Program-made: the position numbers and the translations under genes
In this document: piece by piece, positions 1 through 11,461 of the stretch
How the letters are laid out: every line of letters begins with the position of its first letter
How positions within the stretch are numbered: position 1 is the stretch's first letter
Notes under the pieces: model-generated
Seen by the model: the letters and a program-made list of their open reading frames with translations, nothing else
What the model was told of the DNA's origin: nothing
Databases searched by the model: none
Origin: Chiloscyllium plagiosum
Taxonomy: Eukaryota
DNA length: 36,824 bases
Direction of reading: 5' to 3'
NCBI RefSeq assembly: GCF_004010195.1
Contig: NC_057753.1
Span: forward strand, 14,974,651 to 15,011,474

Positions 1-801
1 GGTTTCAATGTCATCATTACTCAGACAAAATTTCCGTTCTAGATTACCCACTGAATTTGAACTCCACCAGCTACCATTCTGAAATGTGTGAGAAATACTC
101 TTTCCGCACGACCACTTTCCCTCATGTTACTGATCAAGGTGTAATGCTTGTTATAACGCAACGATATTCTGAGATAGGACAGCTGACATTTTTACTTAAC
201 TTTGTCATAAATCCCACACTTGGTTTTTCAAATTTTTAACGTTTCATAAATACCATCTAAGATGACAATTATTTTTCAGAACTTCTGCACGTATCTAGAT
301 CGTTCATCAAACGTCAAGTCTGTCTCTCTGTCCAAGGATGTTTTCAGACTCATGGGGTGTTGAAGAAAATTCTGTTCGTGCATCTGAAGTCGTGTGGGCC
401 TCTGAGTGATAACACTCGGACGTATAGGTAGCGCGTCGGGAGAGTTTGCAAAATCAGAACAGACGTGCTAAAAATAGATAATTTGACAGCTTTGAGTGGA
501 ATTCTCACGAGTGTTGCCTCTGACAAAGTATAGCAAATCGGCCACCGTGCATTAGGGATAACCAGGGAGCATTTCAATTCCCTCTTTGTGAGATCAGTCC
601 CACCACTACCCAACAATCACAGGGTACGTCATTTCCCCATTGTTCCACATTTACCAGCCGTGTTACTCCACAGCTTTCTCGAATGGTTGGAAAGGGAAGG
701 TGATGCAAAACTATTGGAGAAGCCGTCACTGACGATTTTTAAAATCATAATTTTCGTTCGATTGTTAATTCTCGTTGTTCTCAATAAATCTCATGTTACA
801 G

Positions 802-1119
802 ATGAGAATTTCTGGCCAAGACTAGTGAATGGGGGAAGCCGCTGTGATGGCCGAGTTGAGATTTACTACAACGGTAGCTGGGACACAGTGCAAGACACCC
901 TGTGGGATCTGAGTGAAGCTGACGTTCTCTGCAGACAGCTCGAATGTGGACATGCTTTGGAAACGTATAACACCTCAAAATATGGAGACAGTAGTGAGCG
1001 TGGGACCGTACATAGTGTCCAGTGTCACGGACAGGAATTGCTTCTCCGGGACTGCAATATCTCCAACACATTGAATCAGTTTGTCTCCGACAGCACTGAT
1101 GTTGGCGTCCTCTGCTCAG
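802..1119 (+). CDS. Copy A SRCR exon A1 (6-Cys variant lacking the C2/C7 pair) of a CD163/WC1-like group-B SRCR receptor
   Basis: ttacag|AT...TCAG|gtgagg; 318 nt, phase 1-1; translates DENFWPRLVNGGSRCDGRVEIYYNGSWDTVQD...CRQLECG...QCHGQE...DC...VGVLCS, no stop. Confidence 0.93.
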
Positions 1120-1149
1120 GTGAGGAGACAGTTCACAGCTAAACATTTC

Positions 1150-1727
1150 TTGTTGCAGCTGTGCAAAACTCTGGTGTGGCAACTTTGGAGTATTGCATAC
1201 AGTTCTGGTCACCACATTGTGGGAAGGATGTGGAAGATTTGGAAAGGGTTCAGAGGCGATGTACGAGGATGTTGCCTCGAATGGAGGGAAGGTCTTATAA
1301 GTAAAGGCTAAAGGACTTGAAGCTGTTTTTGTCAGAGATAAGAAGTTTGAGAGGAAACTTAATTGAGACAGGAAAGATTAGATCGGGTGGACAATGAGAT
1401 CCTTTTTCCTCGGAATGTGATGGCCAGCACGGGAAGACATCATATAAAATTGAGGGGAGATAGGACAGATGTTAGAGGTAGTTTATTTCCTCAGAGTGTA
1501 GAAGGGACGTGGAACACTCTGCTTGCAACAGCAGTGGGTTCACTGACTTTAAGGGCTTTTAAGTGGTCAATGGATAAACATGTGAACGAAAATGGATTAA
1601 ATGGACAAATATATGAATGAAAATGTAGTAGGGTAGGATATTTAGTCTTCAGATTGTTTTCAGTGGTCAGCACGACACTGAGGGCCGAAGGGCCAGTACT
1701 GTGCTGTAATGCTCATGTTCTATGTTT
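1150..1727 (+). mobile_element. CR1-type LINE 3' fragment, decayed
   Basis: LEYCIQFWSPH-like and ERVQRRCTRMLP-like ORF2 C-terminal motifs; tgttctatgtt tail. Confidence 0.85.
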
Positions 1728-2020
1728 TAAACCTGCTGTAAGATATCAAATCAGATTTCGTTCTTCTGAGCAGATTGAAAATGTGCTGGAATTGTTCTTC
1801 CGTATTACCCAGAACAATGATTTAACACTGTGGTGGAAGCAGTCATGGACCAGATGGATGCTTGTGAGGAACTCAGCATTTTTTGCAAGATAAAAACCAA
1901 AACAATTTTATGATTCAGAAAGTAAAACTGACACAGATATATGAGAGAGTCGTTAGTATGGGGAGATGTTTCAGGATGAATATCTAAACTTGTTCACTAC
2001 GGGCTGAAGTTCGTATTTGA

Positions 2021-2355
2021 TGCACAAGAAGACACATTCTGTATTCAACAGTTGTCTTGAGATAATTAGCACAGGAAACTGATTTGAAAAGACGCATGGG
2101 GTATAAGTGCATAGAGGATAGAGGGCTTGTGAGGATACACCGAATACAAGAGACCAAGACATAAATGTTGACACGGATTTGTGAAGGGTAGGTCTTGCCT
2201 TTGCACAAGAAGACACATTCTGTATTCAACAGTTGTCTTGAGATAATTAGCACAGGAAACTGATTTGAAAAGACGCATGGGGGATAAGTGCATAGAGGAT
2301 AGAGGGCTTGTGAGGATACACCGAATACAAGACACCAAGACATAAATGTTGACAC
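2021..2355. repeat. 154-bp direct duplication (2021-2174, 2202-2355) with 27-bp filler
   Basis: one mismatch seen (gagacc/gacacc). Confidence 0.95.
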
Positions 2356-3377
2356 TTCAAGGCAACTATGACCATGTGACTATTTTTCCATCGCAACCAT
2401 TTCCATCTTGTTATCATCGTCTCCTGCCATGCAATAAGTCGAAAGGTGAATTATTCTGTCCTGAATCAAGACTTTTCCATTTGACCAGGAGGTGAGTTTC
2501 CTGTCCATGCCATATCTAAAGCCCTTCGTTTGCACCATTTTAACATTGGTTAACCTCACCTTTAATTCAACTGATGTACAGCTGAGATTCGCATCCTGTT
2601 GCCTGGACTAATCCATTGCTCTCCGACTACCTCCCCCCATGTTACCTTCTGGAAACCTGTGTTAATTAATAACTACTGTGTCCTTGAGCAATCTCAGTCT
2701 ATGTCTGGTTCCTTAATTGCCATGTGCACAGTGCTGTACATTCCGTCGCAGTTAACATAGCTAATAAATTCCTATCACTCTGACCATTGTTTCCCACTTA
2801 ATGTACCGATCATTGAATTCCTACGATAGGCTTAGTGATATACTTAACAGCAGGTAATACGATTGCCTAAGTCTGCCAGTATCGAGATTCCTCTTCGAAA
2901 CCCCCCTTTGTCTTCACCTGTCTTTACTTCAACCTGAAAAGCTAACACTTGGTTATGTTTTGTATATTGTTGAGCAGCTTTATATGAAGTTTGGAGCAGT
3001 GTCCCTTATGTCTCTGTGTTGTAATGTTTTATTCTGATTTACCTGTAGTTTTAAATGTTGAAGTTGAAGGACGTATGAGACAGGCTTTATATCGGGCGTA
3101 ATGTGATGGGTGCAGTCAAATGACAATCAATTGGTCAAGACATATATTGAGACGTTCATGCAATAATTATTTGATAAAATCATTTTATTGCTGCACATTC
3201 ATGGGAAAATAACTGATTTTATCGATTAACATTGACAGCTGTTGCATTTCATGCTTTTATGCACATTTCACAGGAAAATATGAAACCGCATTTTGCCTGA
3301 TTCTATGCATAATGCTGGAATGAACAAACAGGGCAGTGGGGATTGAAACTGAAATCGTCTGTGTTATTGTCTAACAG

Positions 3378-3695
3378 AACACATCCAGTTAAGGCTGTCA
3401 GATGGATGGACCCGCTGTGCTGGTCGATTGGAGATTTACTACGGAGGCATATGGGGCTCCGTGTGTGATGATGCTTGGGATGAGATAGATGCTCAAGTGG
3501 TTTGTAAACAACTAGGTTGTGGAAAGACCCTGGATATGACACCGCATTTTTCCTTTGAACCCGGCTCAGGCCCAATTTGGTTGAAAGATGTGAAGTGTTC
3601 TGGAAACGAATCACTTCTTTGGGAATGCCCGTCAGCACAATTGGGTCAGCAAGACGACTGTTCTCATAAAGAGGATGTGAGAATTGTATGCTCAG
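3378..3695 (+). CDS. Copy A SRCR exon A2 (8 Cys)
   Basis: ctaacag|AA...TCAG|gtaag; 318 nt, phase 1-1; EHIQLRLSDGWTRCAGRLEIYYGGIWGSVCDDAW...CSHKEDVRIVCS. Confidence 0.95.
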
Positions 3696-4681
3696 GTAAG
3701 AAGACTCAGTGTTCTTGCTCTCCTTCAATGCAATATCCAATGATTCATACAGCATCAATCTCGTGAATTTGTGAGGATGCGCAACTGAGGCAGCATTTAA
3801 AAGCAGTGGTTCATGTCATGTCCATATTGCACAAAGTGATCAGAGCCATTATTTTATCTATACTGAACAATCTTTCGATGAAACCAAATCTCTATCTGAC
3901 ACGTGCAGAGCCAAGCGTCAAAGGCGCAATTGAGGTCCATTGTCACGACTCAGAGTGAATTAAATACTCTCCAAATTGATTTATTTGTAATAAACTCTAA
4001 TTTATGATCTTCAGACTTGTACTCAGAGACTAGAAATGTGGTTTTTATCTAAATATAACTCAATCGTGTCACTTTTCTACAACAGTTTGATGTTTATTTT
4101 GTGATATCACAGCATAATCAACCAAATAATTTCCACTGAACAGAATTAATTTTTTCCTCACTCATTACCGTGTATCTTTTCCATTGCAAATGATGCACAG
4201 TACTTGCCTTTTGAGCGATTTTTCGGAACTGTAACTCCGTAATTTGTTGTCAATCAGAATGCTTGAAATTGCTTCTGGGTCACCAAATGCAAATTGTTGC
4301 TCGCAATATTAAACCGCCATGACGTCTTCACCAGTTCAAAAAATGGATCGCCACTCTCAGTATTCTGAAAATCTGACAATCTACTTTGAACACAGACCTT
4401 CCTTTTTCTGTGAGGTTTATTCTCTACTATTTTTGCACGTTCAATCACTTCAAGGTTCCAGTCGGACATTTTTGAAAGACTTCTGAAACTACATGCACGG
4501 TCCAGGTTTTTTTGTCCTGCGTCTACTTGGTATTTCCACAAATTCTTAACGACGTTTCCCAAGTTATAGTGTGCACCATATTCATATGTCTCACTTGAGT
4601 TGCACCTCAGAGGGTAGTCACAGGTATGTACTGAAGACGTTGTCAATCTCTCAATTTGGTTACCTGTTATTGCATGAACAG

Positions 4682-4999
4682 AACACAAGGAGGTACGGTT
4701 GGCGAATGGAAAGCATCGCTGCCAGGGGAGAATAGAAGTGTTCGACAATGGGACCTGGGGAACGGTATGCTTGGAAAATCCAGATGGACGGAGTGCTGAA
4801 CGAATTTGTGAAGATTTCGACTGTGGTGACCTTTTGTCCATTGATTTTGACGCTCAGTCATTCGGAAAAGGGACGGGACCTGTTTGGCTCGGTGGGTTGG
4901 AGTGTCTGTCGCACAGGTCGGCTGTGCGGCAATGTCAGGCAGATCCCTGGGGCCGTTGCAGCTCTGGACAGTTGGAAAATGCAGGTGTCTTTTGTTCAG
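4682..4999 (+). CDS. Copy A SRCR exon A3 (divergent, C7 shifted)
   Basis: gaacag|AA...TCAG|gtaac; 318 nt, phase 1-1; EHKEVRLANGKHRCQGRIEVFDNGTWGTVC...DPWGRCSSGQLENAGVFCS. Confidence 0.93.
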
Positions 5000-5082
5000 G
5001 TAACACAACAAACTTTCTCAAGGTCTGGCTGTCATTTCAGTAGTGACTTCCAATGAGCTCATCATGTTTCTCCCCTTAACAG

Positions 5083-5139
5083 AGAGAAATGTGACAAAGG
5101 AGCAGAGCCTCAATTCAAATTCCTGCGATCAACGATCAG
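5083..5139 (+). CDS. Copy A interdomain linker micro-exon (ERNVTKEQSLNSNSCDQRS)
   Basis: ttaacag|AG...TCAG|gtgcg; 57 nt, phase 1-1, open; same length and splice sites in copy B (27670-27726). Confidence 0.8.
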
Positions 5140-5225
5140 GTGCGTCCTCTTAATGAGTGCGTCAGCTCTGGGAATGGGGTTTCTGCTTTGCACTTCGTTC
5201 AATAATAATCAATTCTTTGCCACAG

Positions 5226-5543
5226 AGCCACAACACAGCGTGCGCCTGGATGGAGGACGCAGCAACTGTTCTGGGAGAGTGGAGATCATGTGCGATAAAC
5301 GTTGGGGCACGGTGTGTGGTGATTCCTGGGATATAACTGACGCCAATGTTGTCTGCAGACAGATGGGATGTGGGTTTGCTGTATCGGCCGGAGGAGGGGC
5401 CCCGGTCTCCCTGAGTGAAGGTGTGATCTGGCAGAATGATGTGAAGTGTAAGGGAAGTGAATCCTTTCTCTCCGACTGTCTCTCCCCAGCCCCAGCTCAA
5501 ATGGAGTGTAATCACAAGGAAATTGCCAGTGTGATTTGCTCTG
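5226..5543 (+). CDS. Copy A membrane-proximal SRCR exon A4 (9 Cys)
   Basis: ccacag|AG...TCTG|gtaag; 318 nt; EPQHSVRLDGGRSNCSGRVEIMCDKRWGTVCGDSW...CNHKEIASVICS. Confidence 0.95.
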
Positions 5544-5662
5544 GTAAGAACAAAGCTGACTGGCGCCGACCCGTGGTTATTAAATGCTGAAAATTAGTGC
5601 TAGCCTTTGTCATCCTAAATTAAGTTTCACGTTCATGAATATTTATGCAATCTCTTCCACAG

Positions 5663-5704
5663 AATTCGAGTTGTTGCTGACTTCCCCTTCACCTCCACCT
5701 GCGG
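5663..5704 (+). CDS. Copy A Pro/Ser-rich stalk micro-exon (EFELLLTSPSPPPA)
   Basis: cttccacag|AA...GCGG|gtattt; 42 nt, phase 1-1; conserved in copy B (28253-28294). Confidence 0.75.
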
Positions 5705-5887
5705 GTATTTAACATTGTTACTTTTATTAATATTTATGTCAGCGTTACTTTCATGGCTAGTGGCATTGACGCTCTTGGCATTTTTCGATTTCCGAATTTA
5801 TGTCAATGTTTTCTTATTGTTGAATTCTTTCGAACCTTACACGCAGATTGTATCTAATATGAATTTCTCTGCAATCTCTTCTTCAAG

Positions 5888-6004
5888 GACAGGAAAGTAA
5901 ACCTATTTCTACACCTGTTGTCGTCGGCCTAACCTTGGGAACCCTGTTAATCTGTGAGTTGTTCGCACTACTGGTGGTAATGCAGAGAAAGTTAGAAATG
6001 AAAG
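5888..6004 (+). CDS. Copy A transmembrane exon (GQESKPISTPVVVGLTLGTLLICELFALLVVMQRKLEMK)
   Basis: cttcaag|GA...AAAG|gtgaac; 117 nt, phase 1-1; ~22-aa hydrophobic stretch followed by basic QRK; not in the ORF track. Confidence 0.88.
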
Positions 6005-7299
6005 GTGAACCTCATATCTACTGACTGAGCTTACACTGAGACTGTTTTATACTTCCATATGGTATGGGGGCTGTTGCATTTTTATGGCAACTCTCCATTA
6101 CTTGGCTTCAATTGTGGTGATTGTGGGGCGTTTTCTAGATACTTGCTTTCTTCAAGAAGCTTGACCCGTTGAAATGTTAAATTTAAAATTGAGGCAAAGA
6201 TAAAACTCTTCAACAATGTAAATAGGCGCTAAAATGTGATACAAATCACATCAAATATTTATCAAGTTCTTTCACATCTATAGAGAGAACAAAATGTAAA
6301 ATTAGCGTGGTGTTCTCCCGAATTATTGTCAATAAGAAGGAAATGCAATGACTAAATCACTCTTATTTTTCCGTTTGCATGTACATGACATTCCAGAACA
6401 ATTTACTCATCATTGCACTGTGTCTACAAGATCCATTAAGGCGTATACACAGTGCGCTAGTTATTTATTCATCAGTTAGTTTTATAGTTCTTCACTTCTT
6501 GGATGCTGATGGCAGAACCCAAGATCAGCGTAAAGATTAAGATTTTTTTTGTTCGTTCAGTCATCCAACAACTGGCTTCTCGTCACTGATGAGATGACAC
6601 TTGTTCACATTTTACACAGGCTTCAAAGGATTTACCTTGGAGCAATTCACCTCTTGATGCCCATAACAATAAAGACGAATAACAAAAGATATATTTTTGA
6701 ATACTTTTGTACGTTTTCTTAAGTTTAGTTTGTATTAGCAAACAAAAGCATGCACTTAATTTATCATTTTCAATGTTAGTAAGGTTCTCCTGATTTCACG
6801 TTTCTCACGTTATTGCATCCGACTAATTACAATAAATACACACTTATCTGATTACAACACCTGAAATCTAATAAAGATACTTGCCCCCCGCCCCCCTTTT
6901 TTTGCTACGTTTATCTTCAGCATTGAATTGTGACCTCCTATGGTCATCCACATTCTTAAGCAATTGTCTACAAATTATCGGTAGGTTCTCCACGTTATTA
7001 AGTTGAGAAATTTTAATTTCAGTCGTCAGTGCAAGATTGTGAGCTGAGAATGGTCTTAAATAAGCATTTATATAAGTAAAATTCGAATAGAACTGGCCAG
7101 ACACATCCCAACAAGCAGCATCTTACTTTGTGTGGTTAACATCGTAAGTATCAGTGATCTTTCCACGTTGTGCGAAGATTCACTTCTCCAGGACTGCATG
7201 AACTACAACTCTTCACACTAATGTAGCTTCGGAGGTAAACACCATGTTGCTGCGAGTGGTCAGCTACAAATGCTGAGCTGTATATTTTTCTTTCAACAG

Positions 7300-7407
7300 A
7301 ACCTCACACTGGCGACAGAGACCCCAATCTTGGTTTGTACCAAGGAATTTATGAAGAAATTGAAGATATTCCCCCTGCACAGAAGACGGATCCGAAACAT
7401 GGATCAG
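7300..7407 (+). CDS. Copy A cytoplasmic exon 1 (EPHTGDRDPNLGLYQGIYEEIEDIPPAQKTDPKHGS)
   Basis: strong polypyrimidine tract tttttctttcaacag|AA...TCAG|gtacg; 108 nt, phase 1-1; YEEI motif. Confidence 0.85.
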
Positions 7408-7876
7408 GTACGTATTTCCTAATTTATAGTCAGTCATAATTCGATAAGGATGGCTTTCATCCAACTTCCAGTTTTCAATCATCAGTGAACTGTAAGGACA
7501 TGATTAGTTATCAATTAATTGTGTTGAAAGTTATCACAGTGAATGAATCACAGTCTGTGTTGAATGAGATGAAGAATTGCACTTTGACAATTCTCACTGC
7601 CTTTCATTCCAGAAACATTATTTCTGACATTTGTAAATACCAACAGAACTATCCTTTCTAATTCGATACTGGCTCCACTCTGATTACTTCAGATAACTGA
7701 ACACTAAATTCATTCCCTGACTTATTTTGCAATGATAAAATTATTGTCACGACTCTCAGTTACACAGCACCTAATATTGCAAGTTAAGCTGAGGAATTCC
7801 TATGCAAATAGATACGAACAATCACAGAGGTGCAAACAGTGCAGACCGAAGCGCTTTGGTTCATCGTGTCTACACC

Positions 7877-9820
7877 AGTTCTAAGATCTATAAATAGCAC
7901 TAAAACGAGATGTTTGACTTCTATAATGTTTCGTGATTGATAATGTGGGATGCATATATATGTAACAAATGCATAGACGCGATTCCTGCCCACCAAGAGT
8001 GCAAAAAACCCCAATGGGGAGGATTCCCTTGTGAATCTGGTGACGCAGATTGAGATGCATCAACTAGAAAATAGAATAAAATAAACAACGGGAGATTGTG
8101 ATCTTTGACCTAAGAATTGTGACTATAAAAATGGAAAGCAACATTACATGATCTGAGATAAAAATGATTGATTAATATTTCCAACACAGAATACTACAGA
8201 AATTAAAATTAAATAAAAGCATTCTCAAAGATTGGCACACTGCCATAATCAGATGAGTTTAAAGAACATTTAATAGATTAAAGAAATTTAGATTGTTTTA
8301 CAGAAATAATAACACTTAAAGACAAATTGGACAACATTGAAAGTAGTTGTCAGGGAAACTGAAGCAATTCAATTTACTTGATCATATACGCTTAACAAAT
8401 GTCAAAGACTACAAATTAGGTGATTAAGTGTATTGTGTGTAAAATTGTGTGATCGTTGTGAGAACTGAAATTTGTTTCCAACCTCTCATCACAGCGATTT
8501 TGCATTGCAATTCACCTTAAAGCGGTGCAATTCGTGCTTCGAGGGCTTTCCCATAATATGCTCCATTGACGGTATTCTGGCTGTCATTACCGTGATGATA
8601 AAATAATGATGTTTTCTTATTTTAACGCTCCTCCATTAGATGTAAAACCATTGTCTACTACGCTGAGAGATATAGGATTCGACCTTGATCGTTTTGCTCA
8701 GTGAGCCTGCTCTGTTCGTCAATTGCGGCTGACAGGTTTCTCAAACCCAATCTCCTGCCATTTCCCTGGAAGCTTTTGTTCTCTTACTCATCACGGAGCT
8801 AATTGTCTCCACCTTGAAGACACTCAGTGACCTCGCCTCCACAGCCTCAGTTCTAATATCTATAAATAGCACTAAAACGAGATGTTTGACTTCTATAATG
8901 TTTCGTGATTGATAATGTGGGATGCATATATATGTAACAAATGCATAGACACGATTCCTGCCCACCAAGAGTGCAAAAAAACCCAATGGGGAGGATTCCC
9001 TTGTGAATCTGGTGACGGGCATTGTGATGCATCAACTAGAAAATATAATAAAGTAAACAACGGGAGATTATGACCTTTGACCTAAGAATTGTGACTATAA
9101 GAATGGAAAGCAACATTACATGATCAGAGATAAAAATGATTGATTAATATTTCCAACACAGAATACTACAGAAAAGAAAATTAAATAAAAGCATTCTCAA
9201 AGATTAGCACACTGCCATAATCAGATGAGTTTAAAGAACATTTAATAGATTAAAGAAATTTAGATTGTTTTACAGAAATAATAACACTTAAAGACAAATT
9301 GGACCACATTGAAAGTAGTTGTTAGGGAAACTGAAGCAATTCAATTTACTTGATCATATACGCTGAACAAATATCAAAGACTACAAATTAAGTGATTAAG
9401 TGCATTGTGTGTAAAATTGTGTGATCGTTGTGAGAACTGAAATTTGTTTCCCACCTTTCGTCACAGCGATTTTGCATTGCAATTCACCTTAAAGCGGTGC
9501 AATTCGTGCTTCGAGGGCTTTCCCATAATATGCTCCATTGACGGTATTCTGGCTGTCATTACCGTGATGATAAAATAATGATGTTTTCTTATTTTAACGC
9601 TCCTCCATTAAATGTAAAACCATTGTCTATAACGCTGAGAGATATAGGATTAGACGTTGATCATTTTGCTCAGTGAGCCTGCTCTGTTCGTCAATTGCTG
9701 CTGACAGGTTTCTCAAACCCAATCTCCTGCCATCTCCCTGGAAGCTTTTGTTCTCTTACTCATCACGGAGCTAATTGTCTCCACCTTGAAGACACTCAGT
9801 GACCTCGCCTCCACAGCCTC
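7877..9820. repeat. 972-bp tandem duplication (7877-8848, 8849-9820); each unit ends in a minus-strand CR1-like remnant
   Basis: direct reading; scattered substitutions between units. Confidence 0.95.
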
Positions 9821-9943
9821 TGCATCAATGCGTTTCACAGATTCACTACCCTCTGGCTGAAGGAATTTTGATTCATTGCAGTTCCCTCAGGTTGTGCCTT
9901 CACGAGATTGAATTTTACATTAACCCTCCCCTTGTATTTTTAG

Positions 9944-10051
9944 GAATTTCCATTGACTCAGTCAATCACATTGAATACTGCACCAGCCACAACGTCAGTG
10001 ACAATAGTCTGGAAGCAGAAAATCCTGGGGTGAACTTCAACAGTATTCCAG
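9944..10051 (+). CDS. Copy A cytoplasmic exon 2 (GISIDSVNHIEYCTSHNVSDNSLEAENPGVNFNSIP)
   Basis: atttttag|GA...CCAG|gtatg; 108 nt, phase 1-1; paralogue at 32955-33069. Confidence 0.82.
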
Positions 10052-10199
10052 GTATGCATGTGTTCACTTTCTGTCAGTTCACATTTGTCTTTCAATCAAT
10101 CCGCCATCCAAAGCAAAAAATGTCAATGTTCACAACAATCTAGAATGATGCCGCCACCAAAGGCTGTTTCATTAGCATTGTCAGTGAAAAAAAAAGTTG

Positions 10200-10800
10200 C
10201 TGGTTTGGAGATAGAGAGACATGGCCCATGAGTACTTCTCCGTGAAATGTTTTAATTATTCCATTAACTATTCTCATCCCATATCCCAGCACTTGGCCCG
10301 TAGACTTATATGACTTGGATTCACACCACCTCGATGGGTGCATCAATAAGGAGGTTTGGAAGGTTATGGGTCTTGTGCTGTCTAATGAGATTAAATCACT
10401 TCAGGATATGGTCAGTACGGACACTTTGGCCTGAAGGAGCTGTTTCCATGTTGTGTAATTCTATGATTCCATGTACGAGTAAACACTTCTTAAATCCTAT
10501 GAGAATTTGTTCTTCCACCGCCCTTACAAGCGGTTAATTCCGGATTTACAGTGGCGTCCGTCTCAAAACATTCTCCCTCACCGTTTCTTGATTTCTCCCA
10601 TCGCTTACCTGACCTCCTCTTATCTTACATCTAACACCTCCGTTCTTTGAGCTCTCCAGCAAAGAGAAAAGTTCCTTCCTTGCTATCCCACCCGTGTCCA
10701 TCATAATTTCATAATGCATTTCAACGTGTCCCCCTTTAAAGTCCTCAATTCCACTGGAAAAAAATAAAATAGAAACAGCTTTTCTGCAACTCATCCCCTA
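10200..10800 (-). mobile_element. Decayed CR1-like LINE fragments
   Basis: minus-strand ORF remnants (RKELFSLLESS..., YEIM) resemble the CR1 ORF2 end; paralogous sequence at ~33230-33600. Confidence 0.5.
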
Positions 10801-11329
10801 AGAAGTGTTCCTGTAATCAGTGAGATTATTCCCGGCTGCTGTATGCCGAATATTCAAGCATCTGCCTTTGACCCACTTTCCATAATAGCTTTGATGAAGA
10901 GTAACATATCGCAAATTTAATATTTACAACGGATCTAATATCAACTGCCTTTTGGAGAATATAATTCTCTCATAGATTTTGTTCATCCACACATCTCTCC
11001 TGAAGGTTGTGACATTAGTTCTCAGAATGTGTCTCCAAATCGAGAATCGTTCAACCTTTGAAGTGGTTAATCTTTAACTACCATGCCTTATGCCGTGAAT
11101 ACCTTGAAGAATTTAGTCAGACACTCTTAACCTTCTAATTTTTAGAGAAAACAGTTATCGGATTCATTGCCTCTGCTAATCCAGTGACTCCTGAGGAACA
11201 CTGAAGTATCAAACTCTTTAAATATTCACTTTCCAGAACTAAGATTATATTACAACACGGATCTCCTTTTCCAGCTCTCAGTGCTGTGTGTTACAGCTTG
11301 TGTCAGTGATACTCATCTTTTCCTCCAAG

Positions 11330-11461
11330 GTCCACTTCGTGCTGATTACGACGATATTGAGACTGAAGATGTTGAATCTCAGGATGGCCAGTTACAATTG
11401 GACAGTGATCCTGATGAAGCCCTCTCACTGACAAATAACGACAATGGCCATTGCGTACTTG
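11330..11461 (+). CDS. Copy A cytoplasmic exon 3 (GPLRADYDDIETEDVESQDGQLQLDSDPDEALSLTNNDNGHCVL)
   Basis: tttcctccaag|GT...CTTG|gtgagt; 132 nt, phase 1-1; acidic, DYDDI motif. Confidence 0.82.

Noticed and set aside
2021..2355. Repeat-spacer-repeat layout as CRISPR-like or LTR pair
   Set aside because: Only two long units, eukaryotic context, no cas genes and no internal retroviral sequence
3303..5515. Antisense ORFs overlapping SRCR exons (3303-3758, 4254-4841, 5162-5515)
   Set aside because: Shadow frames with no recognisable motifs
7330..7370. ITIM or ITAM in the tail (YQGI, YEEI)
   Set aside because: The Y-2 residue is Gly for both tyrosines and the two YxxI motifs are adjacent, not ITAM-spaced
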